Positions 30,743-40,119 of a DNA stretch of 64,000 nucleotides are shown piece by piece. The notes beneath the pieces were generated by a model. That model worked only from the letters and a program-made list of their open reading frames with translations, was not told where the DNA came from and did not search any database. Within the stretch, counting starts at the first letter, position 1, and each line of letters opens with the position of its first letter. A program made the translations under genes and the position numbers. This DNA comes from Candidatus Levybacteria bacterium RIFCSPHIGHO2_01_FULL_40_16. GTDB taxonomy: Bacteria; Patescibacteriota; Microgenomatia; Levybacterales; UBA12049. Location of the stretch: positions 64,649 through 128,648 of the forward strand of contig MFNS01000001.1 of assembly GCA_001783805.1 (NCBI GenBank). Reading direction: 5' to 3'.

Positions 30743-31342
30743 TTATTTTTCTCCCAAAATTAACGTCCAGGGAAAGGGAAAGATTATTTTTTTAACCTTT
30801 ATTCCATTTTGCTTAAGTATCTTTTTTAAACTCCAAGGGCTCCAATGGTTAACATGTCCGGGATCATTGCCGAATCTTGACAGATTTTTTCCTCTTAGAA
30901 AATTACTTAACATAAATAACGGTTCGTTTGGCACACTGATAACTAGGTATTTATTTGATACCCGCAACATTTCTTTTAGTGCTTTTGTGGGACTTTCTAA
31001 GTGCTCAAGAACTTCCGTGCAAATGATTAAATCGAAGGAATTGTCTTTGTAAGGAAGGTCATATACGCTTCCCTGTTTAATTGTTAAATTAGGAAAAAGT
31101 TTTTTACCAAAGTCTATAGATTCTTTTGAATATTCAACTCCTTCAATCTTTTTACCAAGACCATTTTCTCTTAGTTTGTTCATAGTAAAGCCTTCACCGC
31201 AGCCTGCATCAAGTATTGAATCGGCGTTTAATGGTTTTATTAAGGAAATCAGGGTGGAGAAAAAGTTCCCGATTAAAAACTTTTGAATTGGATTTTTGCT
31301 GGTATGTTTGACCAAATTGGTTGGAAGCTGTGTTTTTGTCAT
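30743..31342 (-). CDS. class I SAM-dependent methyltransferase
   Basis: ILDAGCGEGF motif I. 199 aa. Confidence 0.55.
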   Translation of the reverse strand: MTKTQLPTNLVKHTSKNPIQKFLIGNFFSTLISLIKPLNADSILDAGCGEGFTMNKLRENGLGKKIEGVEYSKESIDFGKKLFPNLTIKQGSVYDLPYKDNSFDLIICTEVLEHLESPTKALKEMLRVSNKYLVISVPNEPLFMLSNFLRGKNLSRFGNDPGHVNHWSPWSLKKILKQNGIKVKKIIFPFPWTLILGEK

Positions 31343-31407
31343 TTAACAGTATTTGTGTAATAATTCTAAATTATACGACATGAAGATACAAGATGTAGCG
31401 TTTTATA

Positions 31408-32277
31408 ATGAGCGATAAACAAAAAGCACTTATTTTTATATTATTAACGGTAATCCTGGGAGGAATGACATCGACTGTTACAAAAATCGGTCTTACGAGC
31501 TTTCCGTCATTGAGTTTTGCTTTTATCCGTTTTCTAATTGCCGGTATTATTGTTTTCCCATTTCTTTTGAAAACCGACTTCCTTAAGAATTTAAGGCAAC
31601 TTGTCCCCTTTTCATTATTGGGATCAATTAATATTGCGTTTTTTATCGTAGGAATTAAAACAACAACCGCAACAATTGGCCAATTGCTTTACGCCGGCGT
31701 GCCGCTTTTGACCGCTATTTTCCTTTTTTTATTGTTTAAGGAAAGATTAACCAGAAAAAAAGAATTAGGAATTGCAATTGGTTTTTTCGGGGTAGCACTT
31801 ATTGTTCTGCTTCCAGCGATTGAAAAAGGAACAAGGTTCTCAGGAGACCTTTTGGGAAATATACTTATTGGAATTGGAGTAATTTCTTGGTCTTTATACA
31901 TGGCATATTCCCAAAAAAAACTGCAATCTTTTCCTCCGCTTATTATCAATTCCGCTTTCATCTGGACAACTTGTTTCGCATTATTCCCTCTGTTTTTAAC
32001 AGATTTAATATCCTATCCAAGCTGGTGGCAAAGCTTAACAATTCCAGGCATATTGTCTTTATTCTATATAAGTATTGTCTCAACGGTTATAGTTTTTCTA
32101 TTAAATCAATATGCAATAAGACATGGAGGAGCTATTTTGGCTTCTTTACAATTTTATTTGCTGCCAATAGTAGCTTATCTGTCAGCCTCGTTTCTCCTGG
32201 GAGAGCAGTTGACATTGGGGATTGTTATAGGCGGAACATTGGCTCTTTTGGGAGTTTACATAACTACTAAAAAATAG
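31408..32277 (+). CDS. EamA/DMT-family 10-TM transporter
   Basis: 289 aa with two EamA-like 5-TM repeats. Confidence 0.55.
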   Translation: MSDKQKALIFILLTVILGGMTSTVTKIGLTSFPSLSFAFIRFLIAGIIVFPFLLKTDFLKNLRQLVPFSLLGSINIAFFIVGIKTTTATIGQLLYAGVPLLTAIFLFLLFKERLTRKKELGIAIGFFGVALIVLLPAIEKGTRFSGDLLGNILIGIGVISWSLYMAYSQKKLQSFPPLIINSAFIWTTCFALFPLFLTDLISYPSWWQSLTIPGILSLFYISIVSTVIVFLLNQYAIRHGGAILASLQFYLLPIVAYLSASFLLGEQLTLGIVIGGTLALLGVYITTKK

Positions 32278-32310
32278 CTAAAATCCTCTCCTTTCTGCTA
32301 CAATTAAAAA

Positions 32311-32844
32311 ATGAAGATTGGGATAGACATATCGCAAATTGCCTACGAGGGAACAGGGGTGGCAAACTTTCTTAGTAATTTAGTCTCGAATTTATTAAAA
32401 TTTGATAAAAAAAATGAATATATTCTATTTTACTCTTCTTTAAGAAGAAATTTTCAATTTTCAATTTTCAATTTTCAAGCAAATCGCAATTTTCAAGTCA
32501 AAAAATTCAAATTTCCACCCTTAATTCTGGATTTACTTTGGAATAGGCTGCATGTTTTGCCGATTGAATGGCTGATTGGAGACGTGGATGTTTTTGTTAC
32601 TTCTGATTGGACAGAACCGCCGACTATTAAGGCAAAAAAAGCAACTATTCTGTACGATCTGATTATTTATAAATATCCGAATGAGACAGATAAAAAAATT
32701 GTTGAAGTGCAAAAACGCAAACTAAAATGGGTTAAAAAAGAGTCGGAAATGATATTTTGCATTTCCGAGTCGGCGAAAAAAGATGCGGAGGAAATCTTGG
32801 GGATAGAAAATAAGCGATTAAAGGTTATTTATCCCGGAATTTGA
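32311..32844 (+). pseudogene. GT4 glycosyltransferase, N-terminal domain only (truncated duplicate)
   Basis: 177 aa ending at the YPGI interdomain motif with no C-terminal EX7E domain. The next gene starts 2 nt later with its own N-domain. Contains a TTTTCAA x4 heptamer array. Confidence 0.4.
32451..32496 (+). repeat. heptamer array TTTTCAA x4 (+1) inside GT4 N-domain gene
   Basis: Four perfect copies at 32451–32478 and a fifth at 32490–32496. Read in frame it encodes NFQFSIFNFQ. Confidence 0.8.
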
Positions 32845-32845
32845 T

Positions 32846-33988
32846 ATGACAATAGGAATTAATGGATATGAGGCGGTAATTCCCAGATTTGGTTATGATC
32901 CAAAAACCGGCTTGCCGCGAAGGGTTGGGAGCGGAGAGTATTGTTTTCAGCTTTTATTAAACTTAAATAAAATTGATAAACAGAATAGCTACATAATTTA
33001 CCTTCCGGAAAACCCAACATCGGATTTACCCAAAGAATCCTCAAGCTGGCATTACAAGATTATTAAACCGAGAAAAATGTGGACTTTGTTCGGATTATCT
33101 TTGGAATTTCTATTTAGACGTTCGAAACCCGACGTTTTCCTTTCCCCGACGCACTATTTGCCAATTATCGCGCCAAACCGGTCGGCAATCTCCATTTTGG
33201 ACGTGTCATATCTAAAATTTCCGGAGCTTTTTCAAAAATCTGATCTCAATCAACTGACGAAATGGACTAAATATTCCGCCCAAAAGGCCTCAAAGATTTT
33301 TACTATTAGCCAGGCTAGCAAAGATGATATAATTGAAAAATACGGGATTATGGCAAACAAAGTTGTGGTAACATATCCCGGCGTAAAACTCAAAACTCAA
33401 ATGTCAAAACTCAAAACTGAAGCTCAAAACTCAAATCTGCTTAAGGAAAAGTATGGGATTGAAGGGAAGTATATTTTGTTTGTGGGGACGCTACAGCCCC
33501 GTAAGAATATCGTCCGCTTAATAGAGGCTTTTTCTAAGCTAAACAAGCCAAATCTAGATTTGATTGTTGTGGGCAAGAAAGGCTGGAAATTTGAGGAAAT
33601 CCTTGCAGCGCCTAAAAAGTTCGGAATAGAAAATAAAGTTAAGTTTCTGGGTTCCGTTTCGGATGAAGATCTGCCAGCTTTTTATAAGAATGCAATTTGT
33701 TTTGTTTTGCCAAGTCTGTATGAGGGCTTCGGACTGCCGGTTTTGGAAGCAATGAAGTATGGATGTCCGGTTGTAACCAGCAATATCTCCTCTCTTCCCG
33801 AGGCGGGAGGGGACGCGGCTTTGTACATAGATCCGCTTAATGTTGCAGATATAAAGAAGAATCTGGAATTAATAATTAACAATCAGGAATTACGCAAAGA
33901 TTTGATAAGAAAAGGCTACGAGCAGGTCAAAAAATTTAGCTGGGAAAAAACCGCAAAAGAAACATTAAGGGTGCTGGAGGGCATTTAA
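32846..33988 (+). CDS. GT4-family glycosyltransferase
   Basis: N-domain plus C-domain with EGFGLPVLEAM (EX7E). Confidence 0.65.
   Translation: MTIGINGYEAVIPRFGYDPKTGLPRRVGSGEYCFQLLLNLNKIDKQNSYIIYLPENPTSDLPKESSSWHYKIIKPRKMWTLFGLSLEFLFRRSKPDVFLSPTHYLPIIAPNRSAISILDVSYLKFPELFQKSDLNQLTKWTKYSAQKASKIFTISQASKDDIIEKYGIMANKVVVTYPGVKLKTQMSKLKTEAQNSNLLKEKYGIEGKYILFVGTLQPRKNIVRLIEAFSKLNKPNLDLIVVGKKGWKFEEILAAPKKFGIENKVKFLGSVSDEDLPAFYKNAICFVLPSLYEGFGLPVLEAMKYGCPVVTSNISSLPEAGGDAALYIDPLNVADIKKNLELIINNQELRKDLIRKGYEQVKKFSWEKTAKETLRVLEGI
33389..33436 (+). repeat. degenerate heptamer array CTCAAAA/CTCAAAT x~7 in GT4 interdomain linker
   Basis: Units are ctcaaaa ctcaaat gtcaaaa ctcaaaa ctgaag ctcaaaa ctcaaat. 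Encodes KLKTQMSKLKTEAQNSN. Confidence 0.75.
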
Positions 33989-33989
33989 G

Positions 33990-34544
33990 ATGATTAATAA
34001 AATTTTTAGGAGAATAGGGACGATATTATTAGAGTTTGTTGTTTTTAAATTGCACTACGTTGGATATGTCCCGAGCCATCATTATCGGAGGTTTTTTTAC
34101 CGGCTTTTTGGTATGAAGATAGGCCGCGGATCAACCATGCATATGGGAGCCCGTTTTTATAATCCGTATAACATTACAATAGGAGAGGATTCGATTATTG
34201 GCGAAGGTGCAGTTTTGGACGGAAGAGATAAGCTCGCAATTGGCAATCACGTGAGTATTGCAACAGATGTAATGATCTATAACGCGGAGCATGATATCAA
34301 AGATCCAAATTTTAAGGCAATTTCCGCACCGGTTGTGATACAGGATTACGTATTTATCGGTCCGCGGGCGATTATTCTTCCGGGAGTAACAATCAAAAAA
34401 GGTGCGGTTGTCGGAGCCGGCGCAGTAGTCACAAAAGATGTTGAAGAAAACGTAATTGTCGGAGGCGTACCTGCGAAGCAAATTGGGGAAAGAGGAGTAA
34501 AAGATTTAAATTACCGACTTGGCCGCGCCGCATGGTTTAGATAG
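33990..34544 (+). CDS. hexapeptide-repeat (LbH) sugar O-acetyltransferase
   Basis: IGEGAVLDG...IGNHVSIA...GVTIKKGAVVGAGAVV left-handed beta-helix repeats. WcaF/WbbJ-like. Confidence 0.6.
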   Translation: MINKIFRRIGTILLEFVVFKLHYVGYVPSHHYRRFFYRLFGMKIGRGSTMHMGARFYNPYNITIGEDSIIGEGAVLDGRDKLAIGNHVSIATDVMIYNAEHDIKDPNFKAISAPVVIQDYVFIGPRAIILPGVTIKKGAVVGAGAVVTKDVEENVIVGGVPAKQIGERGVKDLNYRLGRAAWFR

Positions 34545-34550
34545 TAACTA

Positions 34551-34578
34551 ATTGTTAAATTGCTATATTGTTAAATTG
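34551..34578 (+). promoter_or_regulatory. 12-nt direct repeat (ATTGTTAAATTG x2) with embedded extended -10 (TGcTATATT) upstream of the GT2 gene
   Basis: Copies at 34551–34562 and 34567–34578. Possible operator/promoter. Confidence 0.3.
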
Positions 34579-34583
34579 TTACG

Positions 34584-35474
34584 ATGGAACTTTCTATTAT
34601 TGTTCTTTCCTATAATACGAGGAATTTAACGCTTGCATGCCTCGAATCGATTGCCTCTCAATATAAGAAGGAGTTGGAAGAAAAAAAGCTGGAAATAATT
34701 GTTGTAGATAACAATTCAACTGACGACTCGGTAGCAAGTATTAAGTATTGCGTATCCCACCTTCGCCAAGGCTTCGGCGGGCAGGCAAGTATTAGGCTCA
34801 TTGAGAGTAAGGAGAATGTGGGGTTTGGCAGAGGATGCAATGTCGGAGCAAAAGAGTCGTCGGGAAAATATCTTCTATTTCTCAATTCGGACACACAAGT
34901 TTTAGACGAGGGTTTTTTATCAATGGTTGGTTTTATGGATAAGAGTAAAAATGTTGCGATTTTGGGAGGAAAACTTGAAAACAATGACGGATCAACTCAA
35001 CGGTCTTGCGGAAAATTCTATAATCTCTTTAATCTTTTGCTTATACTGTTAGGTTTTGAACGATTAGGTTTTTTGAGATCAAGCCCGAGTAAAATTCAAA
35101 AAGTAGATTGGGTTAGCGGTGCCTGCATGATGGTAAGACATGATGTTTTTGAAAAATTAACCGGATTTGATGAGAAACTTTTTATGTATGTAGAGGATAT
35201 GGAGATATGTTTTAGAGCGAAAAAGCTCGGTTTTCTGACTTATTTCTATCCCGATCTTAAGCTTATGCATAAGTCTTTGGGAAGCAGTAACCGCACATTT
35301 GCTATAATTAATATCTATAAGGGCATTTTGCATTTTTACGCAAAGCATAAATCCTATCCGGAATACCTAACTGCCAAAATATTATTAATTGCAAAAGCTG
35401 AAATATTAATTTTGGTCGGATTCTTAACATTTAATCCGGAGTTGAGAAATAGATATAGAAAAGCAATTTCTTGA
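34584..35474 (+). CDS. GT2-family glycosyltransferase
   Basis: LSIIVLSYNTRNLT...VVDNNSTDDS. Confidence 0.6.
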   Translation: MELSIIVLSYNTRNLTLACLESIASQYKKELEEKKLEIIVVDNNSTDDSVASIKYCVSHLRQGFGGQASIRLIESKENVGFGRGCNVGAKESSGKYLLFLNSDTQVLDEGFLSMVGFMDKSKNVAILGGKLENNDGSTQRSCGKFYNLFNLLLILLGFERLGFLRSSPSKIQKVDWVSGACMMVRHDVFEKLTGFDEKLFMYVEDMEICFRAKKLGFLTYFYPDLKLMHKSLGSSNRTFAIINIYKGILHFYAKHKSYPEYLTAKILLIAKAEILILVGFLTFNPELRNRYRKAIS

Positions 35475-35478
35475 AATT

Positions 35479-38400
35479 ATGAAGATTTTAAAATGGATTG
35501 TTCACAATATATTATTCGTTTTTACTTTGTTTTTGTTGCTATTTATTCCTCTTTATCCAAAAATTCCTCTTTTGGATATACAGCATACGTGGGTATATGT
35601 CCGGGTCGAGGATTTTGTTGTTGTGCTGGCTATTGCCGCCTGGATTATTTTACTTTTGCTCAAGAGAGTTAGCCTAAAGACTCCATTGACGCTGCCGATA
35701 CTTTTATTTTGGGTTGTGGGTGGTTTAGCTACTTTACATGGAGTATTGTTTTTTTTCCCAACCTTGTCCAATGTTTTTTCAAATGTTGCCTTATTAAGTT
35801 TTCTAAGGGGAATAGAATACATGTTTCTGTTTTTTGTCGCTTATGCGGGTATTAAATCTGAAAAAAATATCTATCCAGTTGCGATTATTTTACCTATCAC
35901 ATTACTCTTGATTGTGGGGTATGGATTTGGTCAAAAATATCTAGGGTTTCCGGCCTTTTTGACGATGAATGAGGAAGCTGCTAAAGGGATTCCAATTCAG
36001 CTTTCCTCATTATCACGCATTCCCTCTACCTTTGCCGGACATTACGATTTGGCCGGATATTTAGTCTTGACAATCCCTATTGTTGCAAGTATGTTTTTTG
36101 GATTTAAAAATTGGCTTATAAAGATTTTTCTGTTTATCACCGGATTTTTGGGTGTGATTATTCTTTTTTTGACGGTATCCCGCATTTCATTTTTTGCCCT
36201 TTTATTATCACTACTTATGCTATTGATTTTTCAAAGAAAAAAATGGGTCATGGTAGCGCTTTTTATAATCATGATCGCTTTTTTTGGCTTTTTCCCAACA
36301 CTGCTGCAGCGTTTTAGCAGTATGGTTTCGGAAGTTGACGTATTGGTTAATGCTCAAACGGGTTCGTCAATCGGTCAAGCCAGAATTGTTCCGGCGGACT
36401 ATTTTAAGGATAAAGTTGTTCTCACGCAGGCATTTCCAAACGAGGATTTAAATCCTAATCTAGCCAGTTCCTCTGCTTTGATATATCCGTTTGAGAAAAT
36501 ACCCCCTCAAGCGGTTTTAGTATTTGAACCAAATGTTTCAAATGGGGAGAATTTACCGCAGGGAACAAGTTATATAAACCTTCCGCTGTCTCCGGTGACG
36601 GGCAAGGCACGTGAGTATTTTTTTGAAAAATCAACTAACCGGGCAGGAATAATTTCAACGGAAATACGCGTCTACCCCGGAGATTATGTTATAAAAAGGG
36701 CAAAAGCGTATGACATTTCTTTTACCACGAGATTTCAGGGTGAATGGCCCAATACTCTTACGGCTTTTAAAAGAAATATTTTCTTAGGCAGCGGTTACGG
36801 GTCGGTTAGTCTGGCAGTAGACAATAATTATTTGCGCATTTTGGGAGAAACTGGACTCCTTGGATTTATTTCTTTCTTCTCAATCTTTATAATTGCAGGA
36901 ATTTATATTGGAAAATTTTTACCAAAACTAAGATCACCTTTAGCCAAGAGTTTTATTCTAGGTTTTATAGCCGGCTCACTTGGGTTGGCAGTAAATGCGG
37001 TACTAATTGACGTTTTTGTTGCTTCGAAGATTGCTTTTATCTATTGGCTTTTGCTGGGAATAGCCTTGGGAATTTTAACCTCACATAAGGAAGAAATTAT
37101 CGATCTTTATGGGGAGATAAAAAAAATAGTCACCTCTTCCTACGCGATTATTATTTATCTTTTTATTACGATTTTTATAATGTTCTCTTCGATTTTAAAC
37201 TTCTATTTTGTAGGCGATGATTTTACTTGGTTTCGATGGGCTGCTAATTGCAGCAACTGTCTTTCTTTCTCGACAATAATTAACTACTTCACGAACGCAA
37301 GTGGGTTTTTCTATCGGCCGGGAACAAAAATCTTTTTTGATTTAATGTATTCAACATTTTGGTTTAATCAAGCCGTGTATCATCTGGCCTCAATTCTTCT
37401 TCATTTTACCGTCGCAACGTTGATATTTTTGCTCGCAAAAAAAATCTTGAAAAATCTTGCTATGTCTGCGGCTGTTGCATTTTTATTCCTAATTTTAAGC
37501 GGATATTTAGAGATTGTTTTATGGATTGCTGCAGTTGGTCATCTTTTCAATGCGGTCTTTGTTCTCTTAAGCTTGTTGATGTTTGTTCTTTGGAAGGAAA
37601 AGAAAAAAATGATCTACCTTATCGCTTCTTCCATTTTTACCTTTTTAAGTCTAATGTTTTACGAAATAGGGGTTGTTGCTCCATTCCTGATAATCCTTTA
37701 CAATTCGATTTTCGGGAGTCAGACGGGTAAAGATGCTATTTCCAAAAAAGCAGCGTATTTTATTGCATTTTTACCTCTTTTGCCTTATTCTTTATTACGT
37801 TTTTTTGCGCAAAGCCATTGGTTTAGCGGTGATTACAGCTACAATTTGATTAAGTTACCTTTCAACGTTGTAGGCAATCTTCTTGGATATTTTTCTCTTA
37901 CACTTTTTGGGCCCGCTTCTTTAAGCTTCTATGAGAATCTTAGAGTCTTATCAAGGAATAATGTGCTAATTACGCTACTGGGGTTATTAATTTTACTATT
38001 CTTGTTAGCTAAAACTTATCGGTCTGCGATTGTAAAGTTGGATACTCAAGAAAAGAAAATTTTGGCTTTCGGCTCATTGTTCTTTGCAATTTCCTTACTG
38101 CCGTTTTTGGGATTGGGGAATATAACTTCAAGATATAGCTACTTGTCTTCCTTTGGGCTCGTAATTCTTTTTGTATTTTTTCTTAAAAAAACTTATTATT
38201 ATTTGCTGAATAATAATAAATATATCGCTTCAACAATCATTATTTTGATAGTTATCATCTTTTCTTCTTTCCAGCTTTTTCAATTCCAAAGAATCCAGAC
38301 TGATTGGAAGGAAGCAGGGGAAAAAACAAAAAGCTTTCTCACGTCACTGGATTGGATATATGCGCATTATCCTGAGCAATACACCAAACAACTTTATTTC

Positions 38401-38643
38401 GTAAATGTGCCAATCCGTAACGGAGAAGCATGGGTGTTTCCTGTCGGACTAAATGATGCGGCCTGGCTTGTTTTTAGAGGAAAAGATGTTAAGATTTCTC
38501 AAGCTCAATCATCAGAACAGGCATTTGCTAATCTTGGGAGCGGTTATGGTAAAGTATTTGAATTTGATAGTAACGCAAAACTTATAGAGATGGTCAGAAA
38601 CCGTCAGGGAAAGATTGTTCCGGTCAGCCAGCAATATAAGTAA
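35479..38643 (+). CDS. 1054-aa fusion: O-antigen-ligase/PglL-like (Wzy_C) module + second GT-C-like polytopic module
   Basis: The N-half carries the Wzy_C signature (...FLGSGYGSVSLAVDNNYLRILGETGLLGF...). The C-half (about aa 540–1054) is another multi-TM region with a VGDDF acidic loop-1 motif and a C-terminal soluble domain. Confidence 0.45.
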   Translation: MKILKWIVHNILFVFTLFLLLFIPLYPKIPLLDIQHTWVYVRVEDFVVVLAIAAWIILLLLKRVSLKTPLTLPILLFWVVGGLATLHGVLFFFPTLSNVFSNVALLSFLRGIEYMFLFFVAYAGIKSEKNIYPVAIILPITLLLIVGYGFGQKYLGFPAFLTMNEEAAKGIPIQLSSLSRIPSTFAGHYDLAGYLVLTIPIVASMFFGFKNWLIKIFLFITGFLGVIILFLTVSRISFFALLLSLLMLLIFQRKKWVMVALFIIMIAFFGFFPTLLQRFSSMVSEVDVLVNAQTGSSIGQARIVPADYFKDKVVLTQAFPNEDLNPNLASSSALIYPFEKIPPQAVLVFEPNVSNGENLPQGTSYINLPLSPVTGKAREYFFEKSTNRAGIISTEIRVYPGDYVIKRAKAYDISFTTRFQGEWPNTLTAFKRNIFLGSGYGSVSLAVDNNYLRILGETGLLGFISFFSIFIIAGIYIGKFLPKLRSPLAKSFILGFIAGSLGLAVNAVLIDVFVASKIAFIYWLLLGIALGILTSHKEEIIDLYGEIKKIVTSSYAIIIYLFITIFIMFSSILNFYFVGDDFTWFRWAANCSNCLSFSTIINYFTNASGFFYRPGTKIFFDLMYSTFWFNQAVYHLASILLHFTVATLIFLLAKKILKNLAMSAAVAFLFLILSGYLEIVLWIAAVGHLFNAVFVLLSLLMFVLWKEKKKMIYLIASSIFTFLSLMFYEIGVVAPFLIILYNSIFGSQTGKDAISKKAAYFIAFLPLLPYSLLRFFAQSHWFSGDYSYNLIKLPFNVVGNLLGYFSLTLFGPASLSFYENLRVLSRNNVLITLLGLLILLFLLAKTYRSAIVKLDTQEKKILAFGSLFFAISLLPFLGLGNITSRYSYLSSFGLVILFVFFLKKTYYYLLNNNKYIASTIIILIVIIFSSFQLFQFQRIQTDWKEAGEKTKSFLTSLDWIYAHYPEQYTKQLYFVNVPIRNGEAWVFPVGLNDAAWLVFRGKDVKISQAQSSEQAFANLGSGYGKVFEFDSNAKLIEMVRNRQGKIVPVSQQYK

Positions 38644-38645
38644 AT

Positions 38646-40118
38646 ATGAAAAAAAATGAAATTTTATTTTTGCTATTTATTCTTGTAGGAGCATTTGCGG
38701 TTAGACTCTATCATTTTAGTTGGCCGATTGCCGATTGGCATTCCTGGCGTCAGACAGATACATCGGCAGTTTCCCGCAATTTCGTTCAAAATGGATTTGA
38801 TGTTTTACATCCTAAATTTGAAGATTTATCATCTTCAGTTTCTTTAATTGATAATCCACAGGGATATCGTTTCGTTGAATTTCCTTTTTATAACATTTTG
38901 CAGGCCGGACTGTTTGAAACATTCCAAAAGTTTACAATAGAAGAATGGGGCAGGTTGGTCACAATTTCTTTTTCACTTATTTCCATAATTTTTCTTTACC
39001 TTTTGGTAAAAAAATACACTTCAGTTAGGGCTGGTCTATTTGCGGCGTTTTTCTACGCGTTTATTCCGTACAACATTTATTACGGCAGAGCTATTCTTCC
39101 AGATTCGCTTATGCTTGCGTCATTTTTGGCGGCCATATATTTCTTCAGCCAATATCTGGATAACGAATATAAGAAAAACTTATATTACTTCTTAGGTATT
39201 ATTTCTTTGGCCATAGCATTTCTTATTAAACCCTATGTTGCTTTTTATATTCTACCTTTCGCGTACCTAATATATTCAAAATACGGCATTAAAGGATTTA
39301 TGAGATTAGATATGTGGTTATTCTTTTTGTTATCAATACTTCCATTTGGTTTGTGGCGAATGTGGATGAGTCAATATCCGGCAGGAATACCGAGAAATAA
39401 CTGGTTATGGAACGGAACGGGAATAAGATTTAGGCCAGCATTTTTCCAATGGATTTTTGCCGAAAGAATCGCAAAATTAATTCTCGGTTATTGGGGGTTG
39501 ATATTTGTCATATTGGGATTAGTAATAAAACCTCTCAAAAAAGAGGGCTGGCTTTTTTTGACATTTATAATATCAAGCCTAATGTACCTTTTTACTTTTG
39601 CAACCGGTAATGTGCAGCATGATTATTATCAGATGCTCATAATTCCAACACTTGCGATTTTTTTCGCTAAAGGATTTGATGGAATTTTGCGTCTTGGTAA
39701 AGAAGGAGTGCTTAATTACAAAATAGGTTTGATATCAAGTATAACTGCAATTATCTTTATGCTTGCTTTTGGATGGTTTGCAATTCGTGATTATTACAGT
39801 ATTCAGCACCCTAATATTATCGCAGCAGGTCGGGCAGTTGACCAATTGGTTCCCGAAGACGCAAAAGTTATTGCTCCTTATGGTGGAGATACAACTTTTT
39901 TATATTTTACCAATCGGCAAGGATGGCCGGTTTTTGACAGGTCTTTTAAGAAATTTAAGGAAGCGGGGGCATCGCATATTGCCTTTGCCGATCCAACCTC
40001 TGAAGACCTTAATTTGGAAGAGCTATTTAAACCCGTAGTCATAACTTCTACATACGCGATATTTGACATGACAAAACCTACTCCCGAAGGCTTGATGGCT
40101 CAACAGAAAAAAGATTAA
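38646..40118 (+). CDS. GT-C-like membrane glycosyltransferase (PMT_2/ArnT-like)
   Basis: 490 aa. WHSWRQTDTSAVSRNF loop-1 region. Multi-TM. Confidence 0.4.
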   Translation: MKKNEILFLLFILVGAFAVRLYHFSWPIADWHSWRQTDTSAVSRNFVQNGFDVLHPKFEDLSSSVSLIDNPQGYRFVEFPFYNILQAGLFETFQKFTIEEWGRLVTISFSLISIIFLYLLVKKYTSVRAGLFAAFFYAFIPYNIYYGRAILPDSLMLASFLAAIYFFSQYLDNEYKKNLYYFLGIISLAIAFLIKPYVAFYILPFAYLIYSKYGIKGFMRLDMWLFFLLSILPFGLWRMWMSQYPAGIPRNNWLWNGTGIRFRPAFFQWIFAERIAKLILGYWGLIFVILGLVIKPLKKEGWLFLTFIISSLMYLFTFATGNVQHDYYQMLIIPTLAIFFAKGFDGILRLGKEGVLNYKIGLISSITAIIFMLAFGWFAIRDYYSIQHPNIIAAGRAVDQLVPEDAKVIAPYGGDTTFLYFTNRQGWPVFDRSFKKFKEAGASHIAFADPTSEDLNLEELFKPVVITSTYAIFDMTKPTPEGLMAQQKKD

Positions 40119-40119
40119 G

